Shown here in pieces: positions 25,641 to 38,775 of a DNA stretch of 64,000 bases; positions within the stretch are counted from its first letter, which is position 1, and the number at the start of each line of letters is the position of its first letter. The translations under genes were made by a program, and so were the position numbers. The notes below the pieces were generated by a model. It ran no database searches and was not told where the DNA came from. It saw nothing but the letters and a program-made list of their open reading frames with translations. Source of the stretch: Octopus vulgaris (Eukaryota); the NCBI GenBank assembly GCA_951406725.2, contig OX597820.1, positions 95,604,001 to 95,668,000 on the forward strand, in the 5' to 3' direction.

Positions 25641-26723
25641 TTTATTACCTCATTGACTATGAGCTATTGTTTGTCGAACATAAAATACCCCTCATCTATA
25701 TGTTGTCATTGACATTTTTCGTAATGTAAATCTTTAAATGGTTGACAAATGGTTGAAATAGTAAAACTGTCAGTATTTGTTGGTCTAAGAAAGCCTGTGA
25801 AACATCAATAGGAACACTCTAAATATTAAAACTCGCTCCATAGCACATTAATTCTTTCATATTCTGTGACGGTGTATGTAGTGTAGCACAGGGACAAGGC
25901 ATTTATTGAACGCAGGGTCTAAGGACTTGCACGCCATCTTGAGCATGCTGACGATGTTTTCGTTACCTAATGTAGGTCTGGAATTTGAGACAGCGAGTAA
26001 AGGTAATACTCAGACAGCGCTACTTATTGAAGCAAGAAGTACTCAAACAGCGTTACCTATTGAGGCAGTTTAATTGACAGTTTGTCAGATGGAAAGTATG
26101 CAATTATGTCTTAGATGATTCTAACAGAGAAGGTTACTTTCAAAACATGGGCGCTTTGCATGATAGTTTTTCAGATGGAAGATATGCTGTTGTGTCGAAA
26201 TTGAATTCTCACAGTGAAAGTTGGCTTCAAAACATGGGGTAATTTGACTGAAGAAATAATCAGGTATTTAGTATAATTCATTTAGATCTATATTTCTTTA
26301 CTTTTATTCTTCATTCTATGTTTTTAATAATAAAGTTTCTAGCATAATTACCATTATATATTGAAAACTCTCTATGTAAATGCTCTGACCTATATATCCA
26401 TTAATATTTATATCGAATGAAACCAGCCACAAATTGATATTTCTAGCTGTCAATTATATTACATAAATGTGACCATTATCACTACTATTATTAATCGAGT
26501 AAATTATCAATATTCTGAGTGATGAGACGGAAGTATAGTAGACTTGTACCTCTAGCCTCACATGTAGTTCACTATCAATGTAAAGAAGCAAATCCATCAG
26601 CAATGTTACTGGAGCCGCTTGTTCAAACCAATTCTTCGGTAATAGAAATAGTATTACAAGAATATAACATACAATAGCATAATAGTTTATTTAGTTAATA
26701 GAAAAAAAAAATGAAATACTTAC

Positions 26724-26795
26724 AGTTCCTGCAGGTTATTTAAAGGTTTAAACGCATTTTCAGCGATATATTGTATTCGGTTATCAACCAGGTCA
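26724..26795 (-). CDS. 72-bp leucine-rich-repeat exon (DLVDNRIQYIAENAFKPLNNLQEL)
   Basis: Pyrimidine tract and CAG acceptor, GTAAGT donor, phase 2-2, exactly 24 codons. Matches the xLxxNxIxxIxxxAFxxLxxLxxL consensus. Confidence 0.85.
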
Positions 26796-28694
26796 CTGTC
26801 ACCAAAGATAAAAATATACATAAAGAAAAATGAATGACAGGAAATTGCTTTGTCGAAAAAAGAAACTTCTTTTACTACGAAGCCACTAAAACAGAATAAA
26901 TACATGTTGCAGCTTTGTAGAAGAACATCATAAAACTACATCAAACAAAACACGATCAGAAAAAAAGTCAAAATCTATTTATTTCCTATGAGTTAGAAGT
27001 TTTGGCTCTCAGATAAGTTTTGTTTACTTTTTGTGGCTATTTACTTTCAATTTTATTTGAACAATACCCTGAAGACATTAAGATTGAGTAATAAATATAA
27101 TCTATCGCTATCTGTCATTTACGCTTACATTTAATAATAAAAGTAACTTTTTAGCAATGTGTGTTTCGTTAGTTAAGAATATAAATACACAAAAAGTTGC
27201 CCTCAGTATATACAGAACAGGAAAATTTTACTGATGGCTAACAAATCTATAATGAAATAAAATATTTAAAAATAAAGGGATGAACTAGTTGCCATGAATT
27301 ATTAGGAGGTTTGTTACCATACCAAATATAGAACATTAGAAGCACTTAATAGTTACAAACCACAAACCAGGTTCCTCGGCCATTGAATATCTCGATGATA
27401 TTACGTTTTTTTTAATGTCTCTAAGTCATACATTTGTAGAAGGAGGTATATTTGAATCGACCTCAATGTATTACTGGTAGTTAAGACAGCCGATTCCAGT
27501 AAGATTTGAACTAGTGAGGAATGAAGATGAATATCATAAAGTATTTAGTTAGGCACTCAACCGATTCTTGACACATTCATCATCCGTCATCCGTCTTCAA
27601 GATGTAAAATATTTGGCAACAAATATACATGATTTCTTTCGAGTAAATTCAGCGCTATTTTTTAATAAGACAGTGTATAACTATTGGAATATGCCAAAGG
27701 ATATTACTAGTACACGTTTCGTTATCTAAGGGGTGATGGAAAACAATGCTAAACCTAGAAAATATTGGTACTTCAGAAAATATTGGTACTTCCCATCCAA
27801 TAGGCTTCCATATAGTTTCCATCTTCTCAATTTCATACTCGCTATGCAATGGGATCGAACATGAGATTTCATGATTGCAAAAAGAACTTCTTAATCACTC
27901 GGCCTTGCATGCGCTACGCACATGTACATGCATACATAAAGCTGTACACAAACACCTCATCACATACATTGTAAAACGTAAATATTCAGCGGTTAGAGAA
28001 ATGCTAGGATGAAGAAAGTGTGTAATCGGAAAGCGGACCATATCGATTATTTGGGCGGAGAATTTAGTTTACGAATACAAAATCCTTTTATTAAAAGAAT
28101 AATAATGATAAAATAAAGAAGTTAATATAAAGAACAATAATTTTTTTATAGGATCGAATATTGTAGATTTAGTGATGGAAAATGGTAAATACAAGTTCTT
28201 TTCTGTACAAAAATACAAACCATTTTCAATATGATAAAACAATAAAAATAAAGAAGTGGGTGACTGCTTCAATCTTCTGCATTAAAATCTTATATTACTT
28301 AAGAAATGCTTAATATATTTTCTCTTTCAAACATCGTAATGTAATGTTAAATTATTGGTCTTTTTATGAGCAGAGGAAGAAAAAATATTCCTTTGCTGAC
28401 ACTGAAGTAATATGAGCGTATTTCTGTGTACAATAATAAAAATAACTGAAAGAATTTCGCCGCACTCCGTTTTAATTGAGGAGGAGTGTAAAAAATTAGT
28501 CTAAATGGGAATTGCAGCCGCAGGATATTTGTTTTGCTTTGAATTAATGTTGCTGAGAATCCTATGTGATATAAAATTACAAAACATTTTCATTTTCTAA
28601 TATTGTTTTTTGCATTATGCATAAAATGCTTGCAGAGACATATTAGCAGAGATGTTACAATCGAATCAAATACTGAAAGGTATTTCTTTCGCTT

Positions 28695-28760
<66 letters not shown>

Positions 28761-28776
28761 TATTATTATTATTATT

Positions 28777-28990
28777 ACGGCAGCGAGCTGCCAGAAACGT
28801 TAGCACGGCGTGCGAAATGCGTAGCCGTATTTTGTCTGCCGTTACGTTCTGAGTTCAAATTCCGCCGAAGTCGACTTTGCCTTTCATCCTTTCGGGGTAG
28901 ATAAATTAAGTACCAGTTACGCACTGGGATCGATGTAATCGACTATCCTCCTCCCCTACAATTTCAGGTCTTGTGTCTATAGTGGAAAGG

Positions 28991-28995
<5 letters not shown>
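28777..28995 (+). mobile_element. tRNA-derived SINE within (AAT)n/(TTA)n
   Basis: Well-preserved head, core and tail. Confidence 0.9.
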
Positions 28996-29026
<31 letters not shown>

Positions 29027-29569
29027 GAATGAGAGAGAGCAGTTCATGTCATCAAAGTGACACTGGGGTAAAATACACGAAGCCCAGTATACCCATCATG
29101 ACTACTCGTCTGATAAGGGTACACCAGGCTCATGCATCACAACCATGTGTGCACGACATGGTGATCTCATATCAAGAAAAACAGCACATGACCTTGCAGG
29201 TGGGGCCCAGTTAGAATTTTCTTCTTGCCGAGTAACCGTTCCCGTTCAAAAGGTCCCTGAACAAGGGTTATTTAAGGATGTTGAACAAAACACCCATGTT
29301 TCCAGAAGTGAATTATTCAAACCCCAAAGAATCCCTCTCAACATACGGCTATGATGCTCCCCCACTACTTCTGCTCCTAATCAGCGATGCCCATATCGTC
29401 AGCTACTAAGGGACATGCTCAACTGGTTATGGTCAAACAACTGACAAGCAAATCTGTGGTATTGAGCAGAATATTTGCTGTAGCCCATCTTTTATACCAA
29501 GACAAAACAATGTACATGATAAAAAAGATCAGCAGCTATGAGAGCCATTGCCTGGTACTGCATCAGAGC

Positions 29570-29573
<4 letters not shown>
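29027..29573. mobile_element. ~550-bp non-coding element flanked by (TTA)n
   Basis: Near-identical to 34927-35485. No ORF or TIR. Confidence 0.9.
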
Positions 29574-29644
<71 letters not shown>

Positions 29645-29646
<2 letters not shown>

Positions 29647-30560
29647 TATGTTTGACTTTTGCTTTATATTTGTACAAGTTGGCTCCAAGTCTCACCCAGA
29701 GACCTCAAGAGACAACAGGGTTGGAAGTTCATGTTGTTGTTATGCCTAGTGTGCCATATATTTGGGGGGTGGGGATGTTGTACTAATGAATGTCTAAAAA
29801 AAAAAAGTTTTTTTTTTATTTTTTTATTTTAAACCGAAAATTATGTTTGTTTTAAACCTTGAGGTTACATAGAGAGTATTTTGCGTAGGATATGAGCAGT
29901 TCCCATGAGCACTATTTTTTGAACTTCTGCCATTTTGGGGTTTCCTGGTATCTGAGTTAGGTAGCTATCAGCCCCTTTTGCTATCATTCCCAGGGCACCT
30001 ATGACAACAGGTATTGTTTTAGTCTTCAGCTTCCACATTTTGCTGATTTCTATTTCAAGATCTTTATATTTGCTCAGTTTTTGGTAGGTCCTGACAGATA
30101 CGTTTATATCGATTGGGACAGTCATATCAATGAGGAGGCATGTTCTTTGTTTGAAGTCTTTCAATATGATGTCTGGCCTATTTGCATCTATCTTCCTGTC
30201 AGTTTGAATGGTGAAGTTCCAGAGGAGTGAGATGTGGTCATTTTCAAGCACTGGGGGTGGTTTGTGTTCCCACCAGTTTTTTTCATGGGGCAAGTCCAGG
30301 TTTTTACAGATTACCCAGTGAATATATTGTGCAGCTCTATCGTGCCTGTTGAGATACTCTGTAGGCGCTAGAAGACTGCACTTGGAGACCACATGGTCAA
30401 TGGTTTCATTTTGTTGCTTGCATACACGACACGTTGGACTGCTTCTGATCTTTAATATGTTGGCCTGGTAGTTTCTTGTTGGTAGGCATTGATCTTGAGC
30501 TGCTATGATAAATCCCTCTGTTTCAGATTTTAAGCCAGAGGCCATTAGCCATTGATGGGT
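29645..30560 (-). mobile_element. 3' part of R4/Dong-type LINE (zinc knuckle, restriction-like endonuclease, 3' UTR)
   Basis: CRVCKQQNETIDHVVSKC, RHD, NRPDII, LIDMTVP, KLSKYKDL; stop at 29865; ends in (AAT)n. The first ~70 residues of the listed ORF are antisense 5' UTR. Confidence 0.93.
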
Positions 30561-30695
30561 CAGTTTCCTTATTTTCCCTTTTCCCTTTTCCCTTTCTTTT
30601 CGTTTCCTTCTCCGTATTTTATTCTCATTATTTCGAACTAATACAGACACAGTAAGCCTTAAAGAAAGGAAGAGGAGGAAAGGAAGAAAAAAAAA

Positions 30696-33396
30696 ATGTC
30701 CGGAGATAAAACTATCAACAAAAAAAATACAGACGAATATAGATCTGCTAGTCTTAAGAAGCGGCGCTATGAGCAATGCTTACATGTAGTGAACCCTAAA
30801 CTGACAGATCCATCTCCTAATATAAGAATGGATGCTCGTCATGCTTCAAGGTCAACAAATCAAACAATAAACCGCATTGGTCATTGCGCGGATTACAAAA
30901 GACCACGTACCCGAAAATTGAACCAAATCCTGATTGAAAAATCAGTTACTGGATCAAATCTTCCCAACACACAGGAGCTGGACGAACCCCACAACCGGAA
31001 TATTCCAACAGATGGCCATCCATGCTCATCACCAAATAATCAAAAGAAAAAGAAGGAAAAATGGTCTAGGGAAGATAATAAAGAAGTTCTTGAGGCCTTC
31101 TACCATGCCATATATTTCCCCACAGATAAGTCTAGCACTGTACAAGCATACTTAAACTGGAGACAGAAACACCCTGAAGTAAGACCCTACATAGACAGTA
31201 ACAAGCTTGCCAATGTTAGAAGAAACATTATAAAAAAGAAATTACTGACTGAAGTAGAGATTGATCAGGTTAGACAAGCAATATCGGATAAAATGAACGA
31301 AGCTGCAGCTAGAGAAGATAATACAGAGGAAATGATTATAGACCAGCCCAGGGCGGATAAAAACGAAGAGAGGATTGAAAGAGTTAGTATAAGTGATAGG
31401 CAAAGTGAAATACGCCCTGAACCAATCATAAACACTAAGACAGATGAGCATCAAATAGATAAAGAAAGTCACACAAATATTGACCCAACAGAACTACATG
31501 AGCTAAAAAATCAAATCATGATTCAATGGCTGAAAATTAAAGAAACCAGCATGGATGAGCGTGAAACACTTCCTAAAATCCGCAACTCTAATCACAACAT
31601 GAAAATAATTGGTAAAATCCGGCTTGCACTTAAGGATATAATTTCAGTTAATGATGTTGATATCACAAACCTCAACCACCTATACTATGCATCCGCGAAA
31701 ATCTCAACGATCCTATGTGGTGTAAAGATTAGAAAACGGCAACAGTCCCACAAAAAGCCTTCTTGGCAAGAGCGTCTGCAACAACAAATTAAAGTATTTA
31801 GATCTGACATTGAATATTTGAAAAACCTTAAGGCTTACAAGACTACCAAACCTACAAAAACCCCAAAATTACTGAAAAAATACAATATGAAAACTATACT
31901 TGATATTGATGCCACCATAGAAACCATCAAACAAAAGGTATCTGCCAAAGCTGCCCGCATAGCGAGGTATGAAAAGCGTGTTAGATTTTTCAAGGACAAC
32001 AACATGTTCAAAAATAACACCAAGAATTTTTACAGGAAGATAGGAAAAACAGCGTTTACTGCAGGGTCTGTACCATCAAAAGAAGAAGTGCAGAGATTTT
32101 GGAATAAAATCTGGGCAGAAGAAAAAACACACAACGAAAAGGCCCCCTGGATTGACAGAATATCTACAGAACTGGACCCCTTAGAAGAGCAAAAGTGGGA
32201 GGGTGTCAAGGTAGAAGATATAAGATCTGCTCTCAGGAGGTCAAGCAAATGGAAGTCTCCAGGAAAGGATAAAATTCCTAACTTCTGGCTGAATGCCTTC
32301 CCAGAGAGCCATGAACTGCTAACAGAACTGTACAATGATGTTTTGCAACACCCTAGTAGGATGCCTCCTTGGCTAGTTAATGGGTTAACATTCCTGCTTC
32401 CAAAAAGTGAAGAAACAAATGAACCAAAAAACTATAGACCCATAACCTGCTTAACAACTATGTACAAAACACTAACATCTGTCCTGACGGAATATACCTA
32501 TAGTTTTTTAACAGACAGCAGCATATTCCCTAATGAACAGAAAGGATGTAAACGTGGATCCTACGGCTGTAAAGACCAACTACTCATCAATAAGATGATC
32601 TTAGAAGATTGTCACAAACGACACAAAAACTTATCAATAGCCTGGATAGACTATAAAAAGGCTTTTGATAGCCTACCACATAGCTGGATTAGGAAATGCC
32701 TTGAAATGTATAAGATAGCACCAACTCTGCGAAACTTCTTGACTGTAAGTATGAGATCATGGAGAACCACACTAACTCTGAACAGTGACAGTGAATCCCT
32801 AAATGCTGGTGATGTAAAAATTTCGTGTGGCATTTTCCAGGGTGACTCACTGTCACCACTCCTCTTTTGTTTATCCTTAATACCTCTCTCAAAGCTGCTC
32901 AATGACGCGCAGTACGGGTATAAAATATTTGATAAAAATATAAATCATCTCGTTTACATGGATGATTTAAAGCTTTTTGCAAAAAATGATCAACAACTCA
33001 AGGGCTTACTAGCGATAGTCAAACAATTCAGTGACGACATCAGAATGCAATTCGGCCTCGATAAATGTGCAAAGGCTACCTTTATCAAAGGAAAAATGAC
33101 AGAAACATCTAACGTTAACCTTGACCAACAGAATGTCATAAAAGAACTAGACCCAGCGGAGAGCTACAAGTACCTAGGGGTAATTGAAGGGAACGGAATA
33201 AGGCATTCAGAGATGAAGGAAAGGATCAGGAGAGAATGCTATCGAAGAGTGAGAGCAATACTCAAGACAGAGCTGAATGCAAGAAACAGGATCGAAGCAA
33301 TCAATGCATTAGCTATACCAGTCGTGACTTACAGTTTCAATATTGTTAACTGGTCAATTACTGAAATATGTCAGCTCGACAGAAAAATAAGGAAAC

Positions 33397-33398
<2 letters not shown>
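30696..33398 (+). CDS. 5' part of the same R4/Dong-type LINE ORF, including the full RT (inverted relative to the 3' part)
   Basis: About 900 uninterrupted codons: KSPGKD, NYRPITCL, WIDYKKAFDS, GIFQGDSLSP, YMDD, YKYLG. Truncated at DRKIRKL into (TTA)n. Confidence 0.95.
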
Positions 33399-33450
<52 letters not shown>

Positions 33451-33469
33451 CATTATTATTATTATTATT

Positions 33470-33742
33470 GGACCAATTATATGAAGTACAGAATTGACAA
33501 CAATATCCGGTCGACGGTGTTCAATTACACGATTCGTCTGAAAATCATTCTCCCAGACTATCGTTTCTTTTCCATCCTCCTACATAACTTTACTTGGTAC
33601 ATGCTTATACCAGTTCCCTGTAACTTCATATTGGTATTTACAGCATAAGAAGCAATGAAGATGCACACATACTTTATCATGGCGGCACTTGTATTCTTTT
33701 TGTGCAAGGCTCTCACACTTACAAAGTGGGTCACATTTACCA

Positions 33743-33745
<3 letters not shown>
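33470..33745 (-). mobile_element. Decayed R4/Dong endonuclease fragment
   Basis: CESLAQKEYKRRHDKV, WYKHVP and IEHRRPDIVV. Confidence 0.8.
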
Positions 33746-33815
<70 letters not shown>

Positions 33816-33818
<3 letters not shown>

Positions 33819-34241
33819 TAGTTTTTTATTTTTATTTTTATAGCGTGCTTTCACTTCACTACCGAGCGCAGCTCTGTGTGCCTTGGGTATGTGCTGTGAT
33901 TTGTTGTGATGCTCTGATGGTTATTGTATGGAAAGTGTTCTGCGTAGGATGTGTGCAGTGCCTAGTAGTACAATTTTCTGTATGTTATATGTGTTTGTAA
34001 GTCCTGGTGTTTTTGTTATGTATTTGTCTGAATATTTTTTTATCATGCCTAATGCACCTACTATGATAGGAATTGTTTCTGTTTTCAGATTCCACATTCT
34101 AGTTACCTCTATTTCCAGGTCTTTGTATTTTGAGAGTTTCTCCATTTCTTTTAGAGACACGTTGTCATCTGCCGGTACTGATACATCAATTAGAAAGCAT
34201 TTTTTTTCTTCATGGTCTCTGACAACTATATCTGGTCTGTT
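33816..34241 (-). mobile_element. Young 3' fragment of the 56-58.5 kb LINE family
   Basis: Near-identical to 58143-58567 and flanked by (TTA)n on both sides. Confidence 0.95.
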
Positions 34242-34245
34242 TTCC

Positions 34246-34303
<58 letters not shown>

Positions 34304-34304
34304 T

Positions 34305-34525
34305 AAGGCGGCCAGCTGGTAGAATCGTTAGCACGCTGGGCGAAATGCTTAGCGGTATTTTGTCTACCACTACGTTCTGAGTTCAAATTCCTTCGCGGTC
34401 GACTTTGGCTTTCATCATTTTGGGGCCGATAAAATAAGTACCAATTGAAAAAACTGAGGTCAATTTAATCGATTTAGCCCTTCCCCCAAAATTGCTGCCT
34501 TTGTGAAAAAATATGAAACTATTAT
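34305..34525 (+). mobile_element. tRNA-derived SINE
   Basis: Family motifs. Confidence 0.85.
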
Positions 34526-34551
34526 TATTGTTGTTCTATATTTAAGTGGTA

Positions 34552-34675
34552 GGGAATTATGCACATTATTTACATTATTTACATTTGACGAATATTAAGA
34601 GTAGTTAAGAGCACGGGCTACTAACACAAAGAGTCCAACTTCGATTCCAGGCAGTGACCCGAATAATAATAATAA

Positions 34676-34738
<63 letters not shown>

Positions 34739-34910
34739 TAATAATAATAATCTTAATAATAATAATATCGAAAAATACACTAGGAATGAGAACCCAGGTT
34801 CGAAATTTCACCAAAACACCTGATAAAGGATGGAGGGTATATCAGCCGAAACATTGTGTTAACAACACGGACAAATATCCGTCAAATCTAAATAATGTAA
34901 ATGAAATTAT
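34552..34910 (+). mobile_element. tRNA-head/(AAT)n/hammerhead-like short element with an inverted 5' copy of its 3' end
   Basis: IR 34568-34596/34874-34902 (27/29). AGTAGTTAAG and TTCGATTCC boxes. AACAC-CTGATAA-A-GGATG..CAGCC-GAAACATT-GTGTT. Confidence 0.7.
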
Positions 34911-34926
34911 TATTTTTATTATTATT

Positions 34927-35481
34927 GAGTGAGAGAGCAGTTTCATGCCATCAAAGTGACACTGGGCTAACAATATACGAAGCCCAGTATACCCATCATG
35001 ACAACCCGTCTGATAAGGGTACACCAGGCATATGCATCACAACCATATGTGCGCGACATGGTGATCTCATATCAAGATAAACAGCACATGACCTTGCAGG
35101 TGGGGCCCAGTTAGAATTTTCTTCAGGTTGAGTAGCCCATCCTGCTCAAAAGGTCCCTGAATAAGAGTTGTTTAAGGATGTTGAAAGAACCACTCATGTT
35201 TCCAGAGGTGAATTATTCAAACCCCAAAGAATCCCTCTCAACACACGGCTATGTTGCTCCCCCACTACTTCTGCTCGTGATCAGAGATGCACATATCGTC
35301 AGCCACTAAGGGACATGCTCAACTGGTTAAGGTCAAACAACTGGCAAGCAAATCTGTGGTATTGAGAGAATATTTGCTGTGGCCCATCTTTTATACCAAG
35401 ACAAAACAATGAACATGATAACACTGCCAATCAGTTAAGATCAGAAGCCATGAGAGCCACTGCCTGGTATTGCATCAGGGC

Positions 35482-35485
<4 letters not shown>
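34927..35485. mobile_element. ~550-bp non-coding element flanked by (TTA)n
   Basis: Best-preserved copy of the family. Confidence 0.9.
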
Positions 35486-35552
<67 letters not shown>

Positions 35553-35556
<4 letters not shown>

Positions 35557-35873
35557 AATTCCGCCGAGGTCGACTTTGCCTTCCATCCTTTCGGGGTCGA
35601 TTAAATAAGTACCAGTTACGCACTGGGGTCGATAAAATCGACTTAATCCGTTTGTCTGTCCTTGTTTGTCCTCTCTGTGTTTAGCCCCTTGTGGGTAGTA
35701 TAGAAATAGGTACTCCGTCTGTCGTTACGGTCTGAGTTCGAATTTGTCTTTCAAACTTTCGACTTTGCCTTTCATCCTTTCGTGGTCGATAAAATAACTT
35801 GAGTACTTGGGTCGATGTAATCGACTAAGCACTTCCCCCAAATTTCAGGCCCTGTGCCTTTAGTAGAAAGAAC

Positions 35874-35878
<5 letters not shown>
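35553..35878 (+). mobile_element. 5'-truncated dimeric SINE
   Basis: Two core domains separated by the CCCCTTGTGGGTAGTA module. Confidence 0.85.
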
Positions 35879-35931
<53 letters not shown>

Positions 35932-37254
35932 ACATTCTGAGATCAACTTTACCTTTCAACATTCCAGTGTCGATAAGATATACAGTACAGTAATATACTG
36001 GGATGCTTTTAATCGACTACTGTTCTCTGCAAGTATACAATAAGACTGATACGAATCATTGCAGAGTTCCGAGACAGGCGAAGTGAAATGGCAGTCACAA
36101 CACCCTGCCACCGTATCAACATTATCCATTAATCCTGCAGTGGAGGTACATGTGTTAGTGGTTAGTATGTTCGCCTAATGATCATAAGGTCGTGAGTTCA
36201 ATTCCTGTACAGGGCAGTACTATGTGTTCGTGAACATGGCACTTCAGTTCCTGTTGCTTCACTCTACTCAGCTATAACGGACACTAACTGGGTGCTGGGT
36301 GCAACCTCAGTCCATCCCCAGTTGTCACATTCTAAAGATTCTGTTGGGTCAGAGACAGAAGGGGTGTCTATGCCGTATCGTGACCTCAAAGACTCGTAAA
36401 ACAACTTGCGGCACATGGCACATGCTACCACGCCAATCTCGCAAGAGAGTGACGGCTGGCTGTATTGTACTAATAACTCACTTCATGTCTCCTCCCACTA
36501 TCTCACTCTGTCTCTCTCTCGCTCTCTCACTCTCTCATACACTCTGACTATCTGCTTGTCTACCTGTCTGTCTCTTTCTCTCTGCCCCACTCTCTTTCTC
36601 AAAGTGACCCGCATTAAAAAAGGGACCATGCAAAAGAAAGAAAAACAAAATGTTTATTAATTTCTTTATAAATTTGTCTCCAGTGTGCTTAGAGTTTTAC
36701 TCGTGGGAGCTACCAACAATAAAGTATTGTTTTGTGTGAAATGTGCCAATATTGGGTTGTTTAGGTGGTCGCTTGACCTGCTAGAAAGAGCAGTCAAATT
36801 CCCTAAGTCACAGGACTTAATTGACAATGCAATTTTGGATATACAAAAAGACGGAATCGTCTTTTTTTGTATATCTAGAATAGTTTTGATGAAAGGTTTG
36901 CTCAGTCTAAATCAACTTGGGCTAAACATCAGCAAAAATAGCAACATACAATCTTCATTAGGCTTTTACTGAGTAAATTTTATATGATTTATATAATTCT
37001 AGTCACGTATGCCGAAATCCTTTCGTGTCTTGTTGCTAGTATACTGTATAAATAAATCCTTTCTGGAGCCGTGATAACTAATAGGATTGATTGCATTATA
37101 GGCGCATATGTTTTACATCTGGTTTTGTAGCAGTATTTAACTTGCACTGATTTGCTTTGCTGTATAAACACATAAGCCGAAATATGTTAAATTGCTTTCC
37201 GGGAAAATATTTGTCCTATGAACTTTGGAGTGAGAAATTAATCTTTAATCTACC

Positions 37255-37570
37255 AGCTGCTAGATTGCGACCATACTGGGACACCACCTTGAAGTGTTTT
37301 AATGGAATGAATTTGTAATTAGTCTATTGATCTCTTTAGCGGAACCGCTAAGTTACGGGAATATAAGCTTACAAACTCCGGTTGTCAAGGGATGATCGGG
37401 AACAAATGCAAACACACGCAAATGTATATATACGATGGACTTCTTTTAGTTTCCGTCTACCAAATCCACTCATAGGGCTTCAGTCGGCCTGGTGACATAA
37501 CAGGAGAAAAAGGGCTCTCGTTGCCATGCAGTAGTTTGAAAGCAAACTTCTAGCCACACTGCCACGCATA
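37255..37570 (-). mobile_element. Diverged SINE with a LINE-like 3' tail
   Basis: GAACCGCTAAGTTACGG module shared with 39060-39440. Minus-strand tail GGTGTCCCAGTATGGTCGC. Confidence 0.65.
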
Positions 37571-37920
37571 CCCCTATAGAAAATATGGAACGCTGGGAAA
37601 ATTTGAGTGTCGTCCTTACGCAGGGGACATCATTGAACAACCACACACATACTCAGACACACATATACACGAACAAATTGTCATTCCCTTAAATTTTAAA
37701 GCAACTCTGTGTTTATTCCTAAAAATCCTACATACTTCTCGAGCAACTATTACTCATGGTTCACTGTGGAGTTCCAATAAAACCAGCCAAAACATATTTA
37801 GAATAATAAATAGTTAAAACCAATCAAAACATATCAGAATTGCGCTATAGATAAAATTCTTTCCCCATTGCATTCAATAATTAATTAGTTGTAACTAATT
37901 AAAATTTCAGAGTTATCCCG

Positions 37921-37955
<35 letters not shown>

Positions 37956-38705
37956 TGCGTGAGTTTATAAGAATCAGTTACATAATGGTAATTCTCATCA
38001 CTATCAGTGTGATCGTTATTAAGTAAAATTACTGGACTTAATTATAACAAATATACTGTACCTCTCCCGCCCTGTATTATGAAACTTCTCTGCATCGGCA
38101 CCCCAGGGTATTTTCTACAATAGTTCATATATATATATATATATATGTATATATTCGTGGTAAGAAGATTTGGCGTGTTCTTCTAGCATATTAGAAATCC
38201 ACCTTGGTGGTTATTCCTCTTATAAATGTACAGCAAAGAATGAACAAAGAGGCAACTTTCATCAATAAATTCCATCCACGACTTAACATGAACACATAAC
38301 ATAATACAGAACACTACTAACCTTACCATTAATACCACTAACTCCCATACATCCCGTACACCATTCATATTACAGTATTATATCCACACTAACTGCACCA
38401 CATCCAGAACTACTTACCTCTCTTACACATAATTTTTTTTATTAAGGGAATAGTAGACCAAACACTGTTTAGTAATCAGTGCACATTCAAATCCAGTGAA
38501 CAGTAATTGACGAAACCGGTATGACTTTGAATCCATTTCATAATTCATAATAATGACTTTTATTCCTCTTAATTTTATATCAGTTCATCTAATTGTACAT
38601 TTATCGTTAGTTTTCATCCAATGTGCATTTTCGCTTTTTTCTTCTTGCTTTCCCCATACCTTTTCCACGTGTAGTTTCTCTTTTCTTTTTGAAACATTTT
38701 TATAT

Positions 38706-38775
<70 letters not shown>

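Noticed and set aside
29865-30776. 303-aa ORF as a stand-alone nuclease gene with a hydrophobic N-terminus
   Set aside because: The N-terminus is the antisense of the inverted 5' UTR, fused in frame by the rearrangement.
33399-33497. Poly-Leu C-terminal membrane anchor on the RT ORF
   Set aside because: Read-through into the (TTA)n target site.
35440-35485. HDV-like ribozyme at the end of the 550-bp element
   Set aside because: I could not find a P1 partner or the nested pseudoknot by eye.
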